A DNA stretch of 63,705 nt, filler included, from Choristocarpus tenellus KU-1152 (taxonomy: Eukaryota > Protista > Phaeophyceae), in NCBI GenBank assembly GCA_964200185.2. It is 11 parts of 11 records of this genome, joined end to end, with 100 filler letters (N's around TTAATTAATTAA, not from the genome) between each part and the next. Parts side by side here need not be neighbours in the genome. Positions count along the whole stretch, not along the records: positions 60,802 to 63,705 come from CAXNAD020023772.1; 10 more parts are not named here. One strand, written 5' to 3'. The notes below the pieces were generated by a model that ran no database searches, was not told the DNA's origin, and saw only the letters and a list, made by a program, of their open reading frames with translations. Shown one piece after another: positions 62,753-63,705 of the stretch (position 1 is the stretch's first letter; every line of letters begins with the position of its first letter). Made by a program: the position numbers and the translations under genes.

Positions 62753-63705
62753 CTTAAAAAAACAAAAAACACACACACACAAAAATAAACAAGAGCGCAG
62801 GGTGTAGTGTTAGTGTTAGGGCACAGGAGAGTACTTGAGATAAGTCTTTTTTGGGGGGAGGAGAGGGGAGGGGGCAGGGATCGAGCTAGGTACTATGTAT
62901 AAAAAATAGTAAGCAAAATAATAAACGTGTGTATACTCAGAAGAAGAAAAAAATGGTCAGGATCGTTCCGGTAGTGACAAGGGTTCCATTGAAGCTAACC
63001 CTAACCCTAACCCCAATAATGTATGCATGTAGTGCTTGTTATAGACTAGGACAGGACAAACTGCAAGTACTCAACACACAAATTAACAAAAACAAATTTC
63101 TGTATTATTATTTTTTTGAAGTAGATGAAAAAAAAGACAACCCTTAACGTCCATCCTCCAACTTCAATGAGATCACGGTCTAGCATCTCACCCCGATCTT
63201 ACTCCAAAGACAACCGCTTATCAAAGAGTATACACTAAGTAGTACTACATGGAAACAAACCTCACAACCTTCTTCTGAGTCACTCTCAACAGTACAAAAA
63301 AAGTCTAGCGGCACTCTCCCCCCCTCCCCCCTTCCTCCCATTCATCCATATCCCCCCCTCCCCCCAATTCCTTCCATCTCTTACACAAAACAAAAGCTTG
63401 CAAAGTAAATACCCTTGTTACTCTCATACACAATACATAGCCCAAGTGAATGTAATCTTAGCATTAAAATAATAAATTTAATGATACCAAAGAAAACAAA
63501 ATACCATTTAAACAAAATAATAATAATAATAATAATAATAACAATACGTACATACATACAAATACACCCAGCCTCCATGTCAAAAGCTACACCCAATGGA
63601 GCAGCCTCATCACCTAAGACCACGCATGAGCGGTTGGAAGACCCTCGACTGACCGACCAAAAGACATCTCCTCTCCCCCGACCCCTCCCTATGCACCCTC
63701 CCCCC

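Noticed and set aside
245-63623. The many 60-130-aa ORFs in the track
   Set aside because: Most are antisense or alternate frames of real exons, low-complexity intron sequence or MITE read-through.
1-63705. Fanzor/TnpB, autonomous DDE transposase, giant-virus genes, hammerhead ribozymes
   Set aside because: No RuvC, transposase or NCLDV core motifs seen in the ORFs; the CTGATGA hits inspected lack the GAAA and stem context.

Overview
Eukaryotic, intron-rich genomic DNA. It is probably a stramenopile alga such as a brown alga or close relative; this is an inference from gene structure and copia type. The window is not continuous: 11 contigs are joined by ten artificial 100-bp spacers (N44-TTAATTAATTAA-N44). 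Exons were reconstructed by hand with phase checks. Partial host genes: Raptor, a papain-family (C1A) cysteine protease head-to-head with it, a Cid1/GLD2-like terminal nucleotidyltransferase, CCT4, PRP19 and EMG1/NEP1. Also present: a complete secreted IPT+YWTD-propeller gene and several uncharacterised genes. Much of the rest is transposon-derived: nested decayed Ty1/copia elements, a gag-only LTR element with an intact ORF, and a large set of non-autonomous TIR elements (MITEs). The MITEs fall into at least three families sharing G(A/G)G(T/C)CAAAGTA-type termini with mostly 4-bp TSDs (Sola2-like). Most interesting signals: (1) this multi-family MITE system, including two copies that split a copia RT/RNaseH frame and can be excised cleanly in silico; (2) about a dozen short interstitial (CCCTAA)n tracts, one apparently formed de novo inside a MITE TIR; (3) relaxed splice signals (GC donors, many AAG acceptors); (4) fold-back inversions in one copia family; (5) the gag-only element. 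No CRISPR array, rRNA, tRNA gene or autonomous transposase was found.
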